From the NCBI GenBank assembly GCA_017622535.1, contig JAGAQX010000151.1:1-57482 (forward strand): a DNA stretch of 57,482 bases, read 5' to 3'. The translations under genes and the position numbers were made by a program. This DNA is from Lachnospiraceae bacterium. GTDB lineage: Bacteria; Bacillota; Clostridia; Lachnospirales; Lachnospiraceae. Position 1 is the first letter of the stretch; each line of letters begins with the position of its first letter. This document shows positions 46,200 to 55,733 of this stretch, piece by piece. The notes beneath the pieces are model-generated. The model saw only the letters and a list, made by a program, of their open reading frames with translations. It did not search any database and was not told the origin of the DNA.

Positions 46200-46228
46200 T
46201 TGCTTTTTCCTATTTTTTTTAGTATAAT
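46200..46228 (+). promoter_or_regulatory. Candidate promoter of the PocR-MA gene
   Basis: The plus strand reads TTGCTT (46200-05), a 17-nt spacer, then TATAAT (46223-28). It lies 65 nt upstream of the ATG. Confidence 0.5.
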
Positions 46229-46293
46229 CGAGAAAGAATTATAAATTTTATACAAATAATACTATTATTCTACAGAAAGGATGTATTATAGAC

Positions 46294-46905
46294 ATGGATA
46301 TTAAAGATTTTATTGATGGAAAACAATTAGAGCAGATTATGCAAGACTGGGCAGACTCAACAGGTCTTGCTGCAATCATAACAGACAACGACGGAGAATG
46401 TATTGCAAAATCCAACAATTATATGGATTCTTGTGATGATACCGCATCTACTCTTGACCATGATATCGTTGTAGATAATGAACAGATCGGAACCATAACT
46501 ATTATGAATTACGATGACAACTCAATTCGTTCATCACGTTCTGCAAAATCTGCAGCCAAGTTATTAGGGGATATCGTAGACATTCTGGTAAACACAAATT
46601 ATCAAAGCAATATTGATAACAACAAAATTGATGACTTAGATTCAGAAATTGAAAAAGCTGCTAGCTTAATCCGTGAAATTAATGAAAAGTCATTCCAGCT
46701 TGACAAGATTGAAAGCAAACAGAATATCCTTTCTCTTAACGCTTCTATCGAAGCTGCAAGAGCAGGCGAATTCGGGCGTGGTTTCGCAGTTGTTGCTGCC
46801 GAGGTTGGTAAATTAGCCGTTAATTCCGGAGAAATCAACAAGTCTATCAAGCAGTCATTAAAACAATTAACAGAAACTATCAAAGAATTAGAAAAGCTTA
46901 TGTAA
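46294..46905 (+). CDS. Soluble PocR-like sensor fused to a minimal methyl-accepting signalling hairpin (203 aa)
   Basis: The N-terminus [26 protein letters not shown] is PocR-like. The C-terminus carries only about 100 aa of coiled coil around the conserved MCP tip [30 protein letters not shown]. Confidence 0.7.
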   Translation: MDIKDFIDGKQLEQIMQDWADSTGLAAIITDNDGECIAKSNNYMDSCDDTASTLDHDIVVDNEQIGTITIMNYDDNSIRSSRSAKSAAKLLGDIVDILVNTNYQSNIDNNKIDDLDSEIEKAASLIREINEKSFQLDKIESKQNILSLNASIEAARAGEFGRGFAVVAAEVGKLAVNSGEINKSIKQSLKQLTETIKELEKLM

Positions 46906-46945
46906 TTTTTACATAAAGTCTGTTTCGACACAGTTACATATCTTT

Positions 46946-46990
46946 CAACAACAAAACCCTTGTTGCGATGCAACAAGGGTTTTGTTGTTG
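46946..46990. terminator. Bidirectional terminator hairpin between convergent genes
   Basis: A perfect 21-bp stem forms between caacaacaaaacccttgttgc and gcaacaagggttttgttgttg, with a 3-nt loop. Confidence 0.65.
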
Positions 46991-47002
46991 AAATCTTTAA
47001 TT

Positions 47003-48391
47003 TTAGTACTCAAACTTCTTCTCAAAATAAGCTTTCAAATCTTCGATTCTGATTCTCTCCTGCTCCATAGTATCACGATCACGAACAGTAACTGCTCCAT
47101 CCTCTTCTGACTCAAAATCATATGTTACACAGAAAGGAGTACCAATCTCATCCTGTCTTCTATAACGCTTACCAATATTACCACGATCATCGAATTCACA
47201 GTTGTAAGTCTTTGATAATTCAGCAAATATTTTCTCTGCACCTTCATTCAACTTCTTAGATAATGGAAGCACACCTATCTTAACTGGTGCCAATGCTGGA
47301 TGGAAATGAAGAACCGTTCTAGTGTCACCACCTTCTAATTCTTCCTCATCGTATGCTGCACAGAGGAACGCCAATGTCACACGGTCAGCACCAAGAGATG
47401 GTTCAACAACATATGGTACATATTTTGTCTTCTTCTCATCATCAAAATAATCCATTGGTTCACCTGAAGTATTCTGATGCTGTGTCAAATCATAGTCAGT
47501 ACGATCTGCAATACCCCAAAGCTCACCCCAACCAAATGGGAATAAATACTCAATATCTGTAGTTGCTTTACTATAGAAAGAAAGCTCTTCTGCATCATGA
47601 TCTCTATAACGCATCTCTTCTTCTGTCATACCCAAGTTTTTCAACCAATCAATACAGAACTGCTTCCAATATGCAAACCACTCAAGATCTGTATCAGGTT
47701 CACAGAAAAACTCTAACTCCATCTGTTCAAACTCTCTTGTACGGAAAGTAAAGTTACCTGGTGTAATCTCATTACGGAAAGACTTACCAATCTGTCCAAT
47801 ACCAAATGGAATTTTCTTTCTTGATGTTCTCTGAACATTCTTGAAATTAACAAAAATACCCTGAGCTGTCTCTGGTCTTAAATATACTGTATTCTTAGCA
47901 TCCTCTGTTACACCCTGGAACGTCTTAAACATCAAATTAAATTCTCTAATATCAGTAAAGTTTCTCTTACCACAGCTTGGACAGCAAATCTCATTATCAT
48001 TGATATAAGCTGTCATCTCTTCATGTGACCATGCATCTACAGAGCCCTCAATGGTAATTCCCTTCTCCATCATATAGTCTTCAATCAACTTATCAGCACG
48101 ATGTCTTTCATGACATTCTTTACAATCCATCAAAGGATCAGAGAAGCTACCTAAATGACCTGAAGCTACCCATGTCTGTGGATTCATCAAAATTGCACAA
48201 TCCACACCTACATTATAAGGATTCTCCTGAATAAATTTCTTCCACCAAGCTCTCTTCACATTATTCTTCAATTCAACACCAAGGTTACCATAGTCCCATG
48301 TATTTGCAAGACCACCATAGATTTCGGAGCCCGGATATACAAATCCTCTTGCTTTTGCTAATGCTACAATTTTCTCCATTGTCTTTTCCAT
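47003..48391 (-). CDS. glyQS: Glycine-tRNA ligase (homodimeric GlyQS type)
   Basis: Motifs [26 protein letters not shown] and a class II core are present, together with an anticodon-binding C-terminus. The protein is 462 aa. Confidence 0.93.
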   Translation of the reverse strand: MEKTMEKIVALAKARGFVYPGSEIYGGLANTWDYGNLGVELKNNVKRAWWKKFIQENPYNVGVDCAILMNPQTWVASGHLGSFSDPLMDCKECHERHRADKLIEDYMMEKGITIEGSVDAWSHEEMTAYINDNEICCPSCGKRNFTDIREFNLMFKTFQGVTEDAKNTVYLRPETAQGIFVNFKNVQRTSRKKIPFGIGQIGKSFRNEITPGNFTFRTREFEQMELEFFCEPDTDLEWFAYWKQFCIDWLKNLGMTEEEMRYRDHDAEELSFYSKATTDIEYLFPFGWGELWGIADRTDYDLTQHQNTSGEPMDYFDDEKKTKYVPYVVEPSLGADRVTLAFLCAAYDEEELEGGDTRTVLHFHPALAPVKIGVLPLSKKLNEGAEKIFAELSKTYNCEFDDRGNIGKRYRRQDEIGTPFCVTYDFESEEDGAVTVRDRDTMEQERIRIEDLKAYFEKKFEY

Positions 48392-48452
48392 AATTCTTTC
48401 CCTACCTTTTATTAATATATGTTCAAGACTAACAAGTCTTAATGCTCATTCA

Positions 48453-49034
48453 TTACTTAAATATTATGATTGCGTCGCCTTTACCTGTTGTAGTTGCAAC
48501 ACCATCTTTTACAGAAACTTCTTTATTGTAATATAAAATATCTCCGTTTACTACAACATCCGTCTTCTCTGACATAATCAATACAGTTGCCTTAGCTGTA
48601 TTCTCTAACTTGCCTGCTTTAACAGATTTCCCCTCTGCCGAAGTAAATGTTCCCTTCAAATCTTCTTCATCTACTTCCGTAAAATCAGCAAGTGTACATT
48701 CTAATAAATTGAATCCATTGTATGCATCAATATCCTTATATTTCAAAACAAGCTTTACTTTACTCATATCCTCGGTTATGAGGGTATCATTCTCCACAAC
48801 ATCCTTATCCTGTGAATTATTATACTCAGTAATCTGCTTCTCAATATATGCAGTCAAGTCCATATCCGTAACCGACGATTCCGAAAAATCTTCAACAGCA
48901 ATTTCCACAATAGAACCATTACCTTTGATAACAAGTGTATTCTTATCATACTCTTCTGCATAATTTGTGCATCCAGTCAGCACAGCCAACATACTTATCA
49001 TGCACAACAAAAAAATCTTTTTCATCCTTCGCAC
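48453..49034 (-). CDS. Lipoprotein of unknown function
   Basis: It has a signal/lipobox (LAVLTGC) and is 193 aa. No family was recognised. Confidence 0.65.
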   Translation of the reverse strand: MRRMKKIFLLCMISMLAVLTGCTNYAEEYDKNTLVIKGNGSIVEIAVEDFSESSVTDMDLTAYIEKQITEYNNSQDKDVVENDTLITEDMSKVKLVLKYKDIDAYNGFNLLECTLADFTEVDEEDLKGTFTSAEGKSVKAGKLENTAKATVLIMSEKTDVVVNGDILYYNKEVSVKDGVATTTGKGDAIIIFK

Positions 49035-49091
49035 CTCGAATCCCTATTCAAAATATCAACTCATACATTTTACAAGAGAATACGTAATATT

Positions 49092-49826
49092 TCAAGTTAA
49101 AGAAGAAAGAATTTCTAAAGAGTTGAACTTTTTAGGCACTTGTCTTTCAAAATATCGGCCAATCACATAGTCTATCTCATCCCAGACACTCTCTACAAGA
49201 TTAAACTTATACAATTTGTCTAAGCTCGTACTTATAATGTATTGTAATGTATATATCGCCGTTTCAGAAATATGATAATGTTCCGAGGTTCTGCATTTTT
49301 CACAAACCAAACCATTCCCAGCCAAATAAAACGCCGACACCTGTTCAGTTCCACATTTTACACAGGAAAAAGCCTCTAAGGCCTCACCATCATACACCAA
49401 CACCTTCAATTCATATATTCTACGTATTAACCTATTAGGAATATCTGTTTTCCCTAATGCTTTCAAAGTCACATACAGTAAATTAAGTATATTAGAATCA
49501 CCAATTCCTTCCACACAAAGATATTCCAAAATATCACAAAAATATGTTCCGTAACAAATTCCTTCTATATCATTCTTTACGTCAAGGAAATACTCCTTAA
49601 TCTCGCCACCAACCAAACGATAGGCATCAAATCCTTCAAGCATTATAAACTTACCAAAATTAAACGGTTCACTAATTCCTAAAAAGGGACTATTCGGTTT
49701 TCGGGCACCTTTTGCAAACGCTGTAATCTTACCACGCTCTTTTGTAAGTATTACTAAACGTTTATCGTAATCACCCACCAAAGTACTTGAAAGTACAATT
49801 CCCGTAAGTTCTATCTTATCTCTCAT
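49092..49826 (-). CDS. recO: DNA repair protein RecO
   Basis: It has an N-terminal OB fold (LTGIVLSSTLVGDYDKRLVILTKERGKITAFAKGARK) and a C-terminal Cys4 motif (CVKCGT..VCEKC). It lies downstream of era, as in Bacillus. Confidence 0.85.
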   Translation of the reverse strand: MRDKIELTGIVLSSTLVGDYDKRLVILTKERGKITAFAKGARKPNSPFLGISEPFNFGKFIMLEGFDAYRLVGGEIKEYFLDVKNDIEGICYGTYFCDILEYLCVEGIGDSNILNLLYVTLKALGKTDIPNRLIRRIYELKVLVYDGEALEAFSCVKCGTEQVSAFYLAGNGLVCEKCRTSEHYHISETAIYTLQYIISTSLDKLYKFNLVESVWDEIDYVIGRYFERQVPKKFNSLEILSSLT

Positions 49827-49995
49827 ACCTACGCTTCTTTCTTTTCATCATCTTGTTCGTTGCCACAATCTCATTTAATACTGCTGTCTTTTATTCTCTG
49901 TTTCATCTTTATGTCCTACTCTTTGATCTATCACAACGCACAAACATATAGCACATCTCGCACATTTCTATTCCTATGGCTTGATATATCTAAAT

Positions 49996-50898
49996 TTACC
50001 TTTCTTCACTTTGATATCCGTAATTTTTCAATAAGAATTCACTATCACGCCAATCCTTCTTTACCTTTACCCAAAGCTTCAAATTCACTTTTGTATCTAA
50101 AAGATTCTCCATATCAATTCTCGCCTGTGTGCCAATCTTTTTCAGCATCGCCCCTTGCTTACCAATAATAATACCTTTGTGAGAATCTCTTTCACAAATA
50201 ATCGTTGCATCAATATCCACAATATTACCACCCTCACGATCTTTCATACGGTCAATCACAACAGCAATCCCATGTGGAACCTCTTTATCTAAAGAACGTA
50301 ATGCCTTCTCTCGTATCATCTCTGCCACAATAGCACGTTCTGGCTGATCCGTGATGGTATCTTCATCATAATACTGTGGCCCCTCGTCTAAATACTGAAA
50401 AATCGTCGTTAAAAGCTCATCCGTATTCTGATTTCTTAATGCTGACACAGGTACAATCTCCTTGAAATCATACACTTCCTTATATGTATCAATCGCCTTG
50501 AAAACTTCCTCCTTTGCGACTGTGTCTACTTTATTCACTACAAGAATCACTGGTGTTTTAATACGTTGTAATTTCTCTATAATATAACGTTCTCCAGCAC
50601 CTATGAAGGTTGTTGGTTCTACCAACCATAAAATCACATCAACTTCCTTCAACGTATTCTCTGCAGCGGACAACATATATTCCCCTAGTTTGTTCTTTGC
50701 TCGATTGATTCCTGGAGTATCTAAAAATACAATCTGTCCTTGTTCTCCTGTATACACTGTTTGAATACGATTACGTGTTGTTTGTGCTTTATTACTGGTA
50801 ATTGCAATCTTTTGCCCAATCAAGTGATTCATCAAGGTAGACTTACCAACATTCGGTCTTCCAATAATTGTTACAAATCCCGACTTATATTCCTTCAT
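49996..50898 (-). CDS. era: GTPase Era
   Basis: G1 is GRPNVGKST, G3 is DTPG, and G4 is NKVD. A C-terminal KH domain is present. The start is set at ATG 50898, preceded by AAGGAG; the track ORF extends to 50919. Confidence 0.92.
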   Translation of the reverse strand: MKEYKSGFVTIIGRPNVGKSTLMNHLIGQKIAITSNKAQTTRNRIQTVYTGEQGQIVFLDTPGINRAKNKLGEYMLSAAENTLKEVDVILWLVEPTTFIGAGERYIIEKLQRIKTPVILVVNKVDTVAKEEVFKAIDTYKEVYDFKEIVPVSALRNQNTDELLTTIFQYLDEGPQYYDEDTITDQPERAIVAEMIREKALRSLDKEVPHGIAVVIDRMKDREGGNIVDIDATIICERDSHKGIIIGKQGAMLKKIGTQARIDMENLLDTKVNLKLWVKVKKDWRDSEFLLKNYGYQSEER

Positions 50899-50987
50899 AT
50901 TAACTCCTTTGCTGTACAATATTATTCATCTATGGCATTGTTCTTCTCATCACATTACTTATCATCTACAGTAACTATCAAATACTG

Positions 50988-52139
50988 TTATTGCTCCTGT
51001 GACGGTACAGTTCCTTCAGTATTATCATTTAACACTTTGGGATTGACATCATTTATCGAACTATTATTCATATTTGCAGACTCTTGATTCTGCACCATCA
51101 TCTTCTGTGCAAGTTTCTGTTGCTTTGCAAGCTGCTTCTTCATCTTCTTTTCCTTACCTCGTTTACGCAGCTTACGGATTATCTTTACAATAATGAAAAT
51201 AATAATTCCCCATACTACAAAATATGGCAAATGAATGATAATCCATTCAAGGAAACTAATCAAACCTGCTGCAACATCACGAATAGAACGTTCCAAACCT
51301 GTTATAACACGCGAAAAAAATGTGCCATTATCCACTTCTACTGTATAATTGACTTCCTCTAAACAAATATCAACCGTACTATAGCTTATCAGATCATCAT
51401 ACAGTTTAATCCTAGACTGATAATTCTCCAGCTCGTAACGAACCTCTGTCAAACGATCCTGCAACGCAATAATCGTTTCCAAACTATCTGCCTGTTCCAA
51501 CAACTTATTCAAACTTTCCTGTTCAGCCTTCAGCGATTTAATTCTACTCTCAGTATCGCTATACTGCAAGGTTACATCTTCTGCCGATTCTGATTGTCTT
51601 ACCACGGTACCAAGACTTCCCATCTCGCTAATAAATGCATCACTTTTCTCTGCCGGAATTCTAGCAGTCAAATACAAAGTACGATAATCAGTTGACGAAC
51701 CATTGCCTGTTAAATCCGAAGAAGCAATGTATCCTCCATAGGCCCCAATCTGTTTCTTCAAATACGCATATGCATCATCGAATTTCTCTGTTTCGTACCT
51801 ATAGTCATAACGCTTAATAATCTTCTGTGTTGAATTAAAATTATCAACGTCACTCTGCCCACCCATCTCAGAATCAGAAGAACTCTCTTCAGCCGTTTCT
51901 TCCGCTGCTGGGCTCTCACTTTCCTGAACACTGTTATAACTTTCTCCTGCGGCTACTTTCTTCTCTGCCGAATCATAACTCGCGCCAAAGCCGTAATCTT
52001 CACTTTGTGAATAGTTCGAGCGAACATTATCGTTTGCGCTCTCCGAGCTTCCACAACCCGTTGCAAGACACACAACCATCATAAACATCAACGTCACTGT
52101 CACTAATCTTTTGTTCATTCTCTTCATCATATTCTCCAT
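50988..52139 (-). CDS. DUF4349-like lipoprotein with coiled coil and C-terminal TM
   Basis: The lipobox is LATGC. The central region is YLTARIPAEKSDAFISEMGSLGTVV...SRIKSLKAEQESLNKLLE. A C-terminal hydrophobic helix is followed by a basic tail. The start is probably ATG 52139, with GGAG 9 nt upstream. Confidence 0.55.
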   Translation of the reverse strand: MENMMKRMNKRLVTVTLMFMMVVCLATGCGSSESANDNVRSNYSQSEDYGFGASYDSAEKKVAAGESYNSVQESESPAAEETAEESSSDSEMGGQSDVDNFNSTQKIIKRYDYRYETEKFDDAYAYLKKQIGAYGGYIASSDLTGNGSSTDYRTLYLTARIPAEKSDAFISEMGSLGTVVRQSESAEDVTLQYSDTESRIKSLKAEQESLNKLLEQADSLETIIALQDRLTEVRYELENYQSRIKLYDDLISYSTVDICLEEVNYTVEVDNGTFFSRVITGLERSIRDVAAGLISFLEWIIIHLPYFVVWGIIIFIIVKIIRKLRKRGKEKKMKKQLAKQQKLAQKMMVQNQESANMNNSSINDVNPKVLNDNTEGTVPSQEQ

Positions 52140-52155
52140 AATCACATTCTCCTTT

Positions 52156-52175
52156 TAGACATATTGATATGTCTA
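52156..52175. promoter_or_regulatory. Perfect 9-2-9 palindrome immediately upstream of the DUF4349 gene RBS
   Basis: The palindrome is tagacatat-tg-atatgtcta. It is not followed by a U-tract on either strand, so it is more likely an operator or RNA hairpin than a terminator. Confidence 0.3.
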
Positions 52176-52259
52176 TTAAGTGAAACATCTTTTCAAAAGT
52201 GTTGCATTTATTTATTAAATTCAAAATAATTAAAAATAAAAAGTGGTATTATATATCAA

Positions 52260-55169
52260 CTAATTAAAATTCTTTAATTCCTTAAATACATCTGCTTCTT
52301 TTTCGATTACATCCTCATCACCCAAGGCTGCGATACAATCATAGGATAAAATTGCTTCAATATAAGGTGCAAGCTCACGAATTCTTGTAACATCTGTAGA
52401 CAAGATTTCATCTCTATCCTGTTGTAACATCTGCTCAGACATCCCAGATAAATAGCACGCAAAACTAAATGCACCTTCTGCCGACGGTGTCATCGGAGTA
52501 TCCAGCTTCGCAATTGCACCAATAATATATTTCAACATATCCCGGTCAGATGCCTCAAAATTCTTAACATATTCTGGCGCATTCTTATACACCTCATAGG
52601 TCTTCTTAAGATTCGGATCACGATAAGATGTGAAATATCCATCACCGATACGACTAAATCCACACATACATCCATATGCACCATTCTTCACACGTACATT
52701 ATTCCAAAGATAATCATAAGAGAAAATCACCTGCAATACATTTAAGGCAGCATTATATTCCTCTCCATCCTTCAAAAAACGTCCCGCCTGTGACACATAT
52801 TGTACCTTACTAGCTGTTTTAAATCCCTCGTTCTTAACCACAATATCAAATTCTTGTTCTTCGATATCAGTTGTATCTTCATTCATATACTTCTTCAAAG
52901 AAAGAAGCGCTTTATCAAGCGTATCATGAATGTCATCCATACCCGTATAAGAAATCATTAAATTCTGTGACTTTGCAACTGCATGAAGAGCCGCCTGTAG
53001 TTTTTCGCAAATCTCATCATATTTGCTATCGAAGTTCTTAAGCAACTCATTGGCAAACTCATAGAATGTCACACCTTCTAAAAGCTCTTTTAAATATGCA
53101 CCTTTTGCAAAATACGAAAGTGCTCGATTAGCCATAGCCGTGTGCCCCGAGTCTGCAATACTCATCTTCATCTGTGAAACCATCTCTGCCAAGATTTCTT
53201 TCAAACGTTTCTTATCAGTCACATGAGAAGTAAACAAAATCTCTTCCATCAGTTCCAATGCATCCGCTAGATTCTCATATAATACCTTCGTTCTAAGAAT
53301 AAAATGCACTCTATACTCGCCAAGCTCCTTCTTCACACCCATGCTAGCGAGACCTACACCAATTCCACCAGTTTTTAAATCAATTTCATTAGAAAGCGCA
53401 CTGTAGGTTCGATTATCCGTATCTACTTCTTTATATAAAGCTGTCAACAATGACACATATGGCAATAGCGAAACAGGAACCTGCTTCAGGCTAAAGTAGT
53501 ATTCTAGATAAGCAATTCCATTGGTAAAAATATCATGCTGCACAACCGGTATATCCTGAATAGTATATTCCCTATTCTTCAGCTTTTGCGCCTCCTTACC
53601 AATATCTGAAAGCTCCAGCATCGGAATCTTCTCCAAATCTTCTTTTGTAGAAGGCTCTGACTGATATTGTTCTAGTTCCTTAGTTTGACATACAAGTTCT
53701 GCAATCTCCTCACTGCTTAAACCTTCTTTATATTTCTTAAGCTTAGCTGCTACCTTCTGTTCTAATTCCTTATTTAGTCCCTTCTTTGGTAATGCAACCA
53801 AAATAGTCTTGTGTGTATTATCAAGAATTCTCTCCTTCAAGAAACCTGTATAATAGTCCGTTCCTATTTGAGATTTCAAAAATTCAAAATCCTCATTATA
53901 CTTCAAATGCATAAACGGTTGGTCATCATCGTACAGCCAGCTATTAAATGCATTCAAACCATACATTAATCCCTTAGGATATCGTCCATAATTAGCCTCT
54001 CTATATTTGAACTCAAAATGATTAAGCGAAGCCGCCAACATCTTCTCTTCTAATCCATTCTCTATTAAATCAGATAGCGTATCTTCAATTACCTGAACAA
54101 AACGTTCCTTATCCTCGGTCTTGCATCCCTTTGCCACAATCGAATACATTGGCTGTAGCATACTGTTCTCATATGAACTAAATACATCATTACTAATACC
54201 AGCATCCACAATTGCTTTTCGAATCGGAGCACCCGGTACATCCATTAATGCATAGTCTAAAATCATCGCAGTAAAATCCGTACTACGATTCAAACGCTGA
54301 CCAATGATTACATTATAGCTGAGATAAGTGTTCTCCTCTTCCTCTTCAGCATCTGAAAGCGGATAATTCATAGTAACTTCTTTCACCTTATCAAACGTCG
54401 GTTGAGGTGAAATCTCAGAATCAACTTCCAAATAATCATACTGACTCAAATATTCGGTATCAATGAATGCAAGCTCCTTCTCTGCATCCACATCACCATA
54501 TAAATAAATGTAACTATTGGAAGGATGATAATACTTCTTGTGGAAAGCCAAAAAATCCTCATAGGTCAAATCCGGTATTGATGTTGGATTACCACCCGAA
54601 TCACATCCATATGTGGTATCCGGAAGCAGGGAAGTCTGAATGGCATCAAATAACTGTTGTTCTGCAGATGAATATGCACCTTTCATCTCGTTATATACAA
54701 CTCCATTATAGGTAATCTCATCCTTCTCATCTTCTAAATGATAATGCCAGCCCTCTTGCTTCAAAATCTTATCATTCTTATATGTGTTAGGATAAAATAC
54801 CGCATCCAAATAAACTTCCATTAAATTATGAAAATCCTTGTCATTCACTGACGCAATTGGATAAACTGTCTTATCGGGATAAGTCATAGCATTCAAAAAT
54901 GTATTTAAAGAACCCTTAGCCAACTCTACAAAAGGATCCTTTGCCGGAAACTTCTTAGAACCACAAAGTACAGAGTGTTCTGTTATATGTGCTACTCCTG
55001 TATCGTCTGCTGGCGGAGTACGGAAACCAATATTAAAAACCTTATTTTTATCTTCATTCAACACAAGCATGACTCTTGCCTTTGTCTTGTCATGTTGTAA
55101 CAAATATGCAGTTCCGTTCACCTCTGCAATCTGTTCTTCTTTCAATAATGTATAATTCTTAATATTCAT
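52260..55169 (-). CDS. M16-family insulinase-like zinc metallopeptidase (PreP-like, 969 aa)
   Basis: It has the inverted zincin motif HITEH, a downstream E, and four M16 half-domains including the M16C-associated region. Confidence 0.88.
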   Translation of the reverse strand: MNIKNYTLLKEEQIAEVNGTAYLLQHDKTKARVMLVLNEDKNKVFNIGFRTPPADDTGVAHITEHSVLCGSKKFPAKDPFVELAKGSLNTFLNAMTYPDKTVYPIASVNDKDFHNLMEVYLDAVFYPNTYKNDKILKQEGWHYHLEDEKDEITYNGVVYNEMKGAYSSAEQQLFDAIQTSLLPDTTYGCDSGGNPTSIPDLTYEDFLAFHKKYYHPSNSYIYLYGDVDAEKELAFIDTEYLSQYDYLEVDSEISPQPTFDKVKEVTMNYPLSDAEEEEENTYLSYNVIIGQRLNRSTDFTAMILDYALMDVPGAPIRKAIVDAGISNDVFSSYENSMLQPMYSIVAKGCKTEDKERFVQVIEDTLSDLIENGLEEKMLAASLNHFEFKYREANYGRYPKGLMYGLNAFNSWLYDDDQPFMHLKYNEDFEFLKSQIGTDYYTGFLKERILDNTHKTILVALPKKGLNKELEQKVAAKLKKYKEGLSSEEIAELVCQTKELEQYQSEPSTKEDLEKIPMLELSDIGKEAQKLKNREYTIQDIPVVQHDIFTNGIAYLEYYFSLKQVPVSLLPYVSLLTALYKEVDTDNRTYSALSNEIDLKTGGIGVGLASMGVKKELGEYRVHFILRTKVLYENLADALELMEEILFTSHVTDKKRLKEILAEMVSQMKMSIADSGHTAMANRALSYFAKGAYLKELLEGVTFYEFANELLKNFDSKYDEICEKLQAALHAVAKSQNLMISYTGMDDIHDTLDKALLSLKKYMNEDTTDIEEQEFDIVVKNEGFKTASKVQYVSQAGRFLKDGEEYNAALNVLQVIFSYDYLWNNVRVKNGAYGCMCGFSRIGDGYFTSYRDPNLKKTYEVYKNAPEYVKNFEASDRDMLKYIIGAIAKLDTPMTPSAEGAFSFACYLSGMSEQMLQQDRDEILSTDVTRIRELAPYIEAILSYDCIAALGDEDVIEKEADVFKELKNFN

Positions 55170-55205
55170 CTCAGTTACCTCCTACTTAGATCTATCACTT
55201 ATATT

Positions 55206-55233
55206 ATCATAATACTTTGCCAAAACATGTCAA
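55206..55233 (-). promoter_or_regulatory. Candidate promoter of the M16 peptidase gene
   Basis: The minus strand reads TTGACA (55233-28), a 16-nt spacer, then TATGAT (55211-06). Confidence 0.45.
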
Positions 55234-55331
55234 AAATGATTTTCTTATTCATAATAGTATATATTTCCAATAAAATACTATATCATTCATTGAATAAAAT
55301 GTCATTCATTTTTATCCATTAAAATAGAGTT

Positions 55332-55378
55332 AAAAAAAGCATCCACTATCATAACAATTACATTACACATAGTGATGC
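55332..55378 (-). terminator. Second (tandem) terminator downstream of the tRNA pair
   Basis: A stem of about 10 bp forms between gcatccactat and atagtgatgc, with one bulge. It is followed on the minus strand by TTTTTTT. Confidence 0.55.
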
Positions 55379-55410
55379 CGGCTAAAAATATAAATCTAAT
55401 TCATTTTCCA

Positions 55411-55456
55411 AAAAACAAAAAATAAAAACCTAGGAAAGATATATTTCCTAGGTTTT
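55411..55456 (-). terminator. Rho-independent terminator directly after tRNA-Met
   Basis: A perfect 13-bp stem forms between aaaacctaggaaa and tttcctaggtttt, followed on the minus strand by TTATTTTTTGTTTTT. Confidence 0.85.
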
Positions 55457-55461
55457 AATAG

Positions 55462-55535
55462 TAGCGGGAAAGAGATTTGAACTCCCGACACCTTGGGTAT
55501 GAACCAAGTGCTCTAGCCAACTGAGCTATCCCGCC
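55462..55535 (-). tRNA. tRNA-Met (anticodon CAT), elongator-like
   Basis: The minus strand reads GGCGGGATAGCTCAGTTGGCTAGAGCACTTGGTTCATACCCAAGGTGTCGGGAGTTCAAATCTCTTTCCCGCTA. It folds as a cloverleaf with anticodon loop TTCATAC. Pair 1-72 is G-U and the T stem has two G-U pairs. No CCA is encoded. A lysidine-modified tRNA-Ile2 cannot be excluded. Confidence 0.85.
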
Positions 55536-55539
55536 AAAA

Positions 55540-55612
55540 TGGAACCTACAGGGCTCGAACCTGTGACCCTCTGCTTGTAAGGCAGATGCTCTCCCAGCTG
55601 AGCTAAGATTCC
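55540..55612 (-). tRNA. tRNA-Val (anticodon TAC)
   Basis: The minus strand reads GGAATCTTAGCTCAGCTGGGAGAGCATCTGCCTTACAAGCAGAGGGTCACAGGTTCGAGCCCTGTAGGTTCCA. It folds as a canonical cloverleaf, and no CCA is encoded. Confidence 0.92.
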
Positions 55613-55634
55613 ATGTGCGCTTGACACGAATCAT

Positions 55635-55663
55635 AGTATATTAAAAATCCACCAACTTGTCAA
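55635..55663 (-). promoter_or_regulatory. Near-consensus sigma-A promoter of the tRNA-Val/tRNA-Met operon
   Basis: The minus strand reads TTGACA (55663-58), a 17-nt spacer, then TATACT (55640-35). It lies about 22 nt upstream of the tRNA-Val 5' end. Confidence 0.75.
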
Positions 55664-55733
55664 GCAAAAAATTTAATTTTTTAAATTTTATTTTTTATAT
55701 CCACACAAGCCCCTGAAATTAAAGGATTATGGG

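Noticed and set aside
49827-49995. A small 18-codon ORF with a CxxC...C pattern (MCEMCYMFVRCDRSKSRT) in the era-recO spacer, at the position of yqzL in Bacillus.
   Set aside because: There is no convincing RBS, it is very short, and it bears no resemblance to YqzL as I recall it. The 169-nt spacer remains unexplained, but I cannot support a feature there.
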